Under the pieces are notes generated by a model. The model made no database searches. It was not told the DNA's origin and was given only the letters and a program-made list of their open reading frames with translations. A program made the position numbers and the translations under genes. From Mesoplasma florum L1 (GTDB taxonomy: Bacteria; Bacillota_I; Bacilli_A; Mycoplasmatales; Mycoplasmataceae), in contig NC_006055.1 of assembly GCF_000008305.1 (NCBI RefSeq), positions 390,001 to 422,000 of the forward strand: DNA of 32,000 nt, given 5' to 3'. This document shows, one piece after another, positions 31,670-32,000 of the stretch. The stretch's first letter is position 1. Every line of letters begins with the position of its first letter.

Positions 31670-32000
31670 TTAATAAACTTTTATTTCTTCACCGTTAATA
31701 TCACTTTCAATAACGTTAACAAAAGCTAATGCAGCTTTCTCAACAGGGACAGGTTTTACACCTTTGAAATAATCTTCATATTCAACCATTGATTCATTAA
31801 AAACTGAAGGACTAACGCAATTTATTCTAATGTCTTTTTCTATATCAAAAGCGGCTGCTTTAGCAAAAGAAGCTACAGCTCCATTAATCAAGGCATACAT
31901 TGTTCCCATTTTAATAAACTCTTCTTTAATTATTCCTGCAATTAAAGTTATGCTTCCTTTTTCATTTAAATACTTACTTCCTATTAAAACCATATTAACT
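31670..32000 (-). CDS. Short-chain dehydrogenase/reductase family protein, C-terminal part (the gene starts beyond the right window edge)
   Basis: Track ORF 31670..31993 shows the SDR C-terminal region (YALINGAVASFAKAAAFDI...IRINCVSPS). The frame stays open to position 32000, and the Rossmann N-terminus is absent from the window. Confidence 0.7.
   Translation of the reverse strand, partial: VNMVLIGSKYLNEKGSITLIAGIIKEEFIKMGTMYALINGAVASFAKAAAFDIEKDIRINCVSPSVFNESMVEYEDYFKGVKPVPVEKAALAFVNVIESDINGEEIKVY

Overview
This is a very AT-rich mollicute chromosome segment that must be read with genetic code 4 (TGA = Trp). The supplied standard-code ORF track therefore splits nearly every real gene into pieces. 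For example, GMP synthase ends ...G-T-I-E-W-E with the W encoded by TGA at 8693-8695. I rejoined the fragments by frame and checked by hand that only TGA codons separate them.

The gene content and the riboswitch type suggest the Spiroplasma/Entomoplasma/Mycoides clade, most likely a Mesoplasma-like organism. This is an inference.

Recognisable housekeeping genes are nfo (partial), a ribF-like gene, plsY, pncA, an S1-domain protein, guaA-guaB, a yneF-like gene, tkt, a DUF896 protein, yqeH, valS, a type II P-type cation ATPase, engB, and a partial SDR oxidoreductase at the right edge. I found no rRNA, tRNA, CRISPR array, transposase or integrase.

The non-housekeeping content worth a second look is:
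- A purine-riboswitch variant plus terminator ahead of guaAB, with junctions closer to the 2'-deoxyguanosine-type variants than to canonical guanine aptamers.
- An IMP dehydrogenase that precisely lacks the CBS/Bateman module.
- A translationally coupled pair of secreted, Ser/Thr/Asn-rich proteins (4011-5877).
- An 1100-aa-class surface lipoprotein with about ten 70-80-aa modules, three of them near-identical 219-bp tandem copies, fused to a C-terminal GH18 glycosidase domain.
- An 837-aa extremely acidic, signal-less protein with near-perfect 333-bp repeats.
- A tightly coupled three-gene cluster of unknown function that heads the engB/P-type ATPase operon.
- A membrane-protein gene whose SD-ATG start is put out of frame by an A9 tract.

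Nothing here could be confirmed by homology search. All product calls rest on motifs I could read directly.
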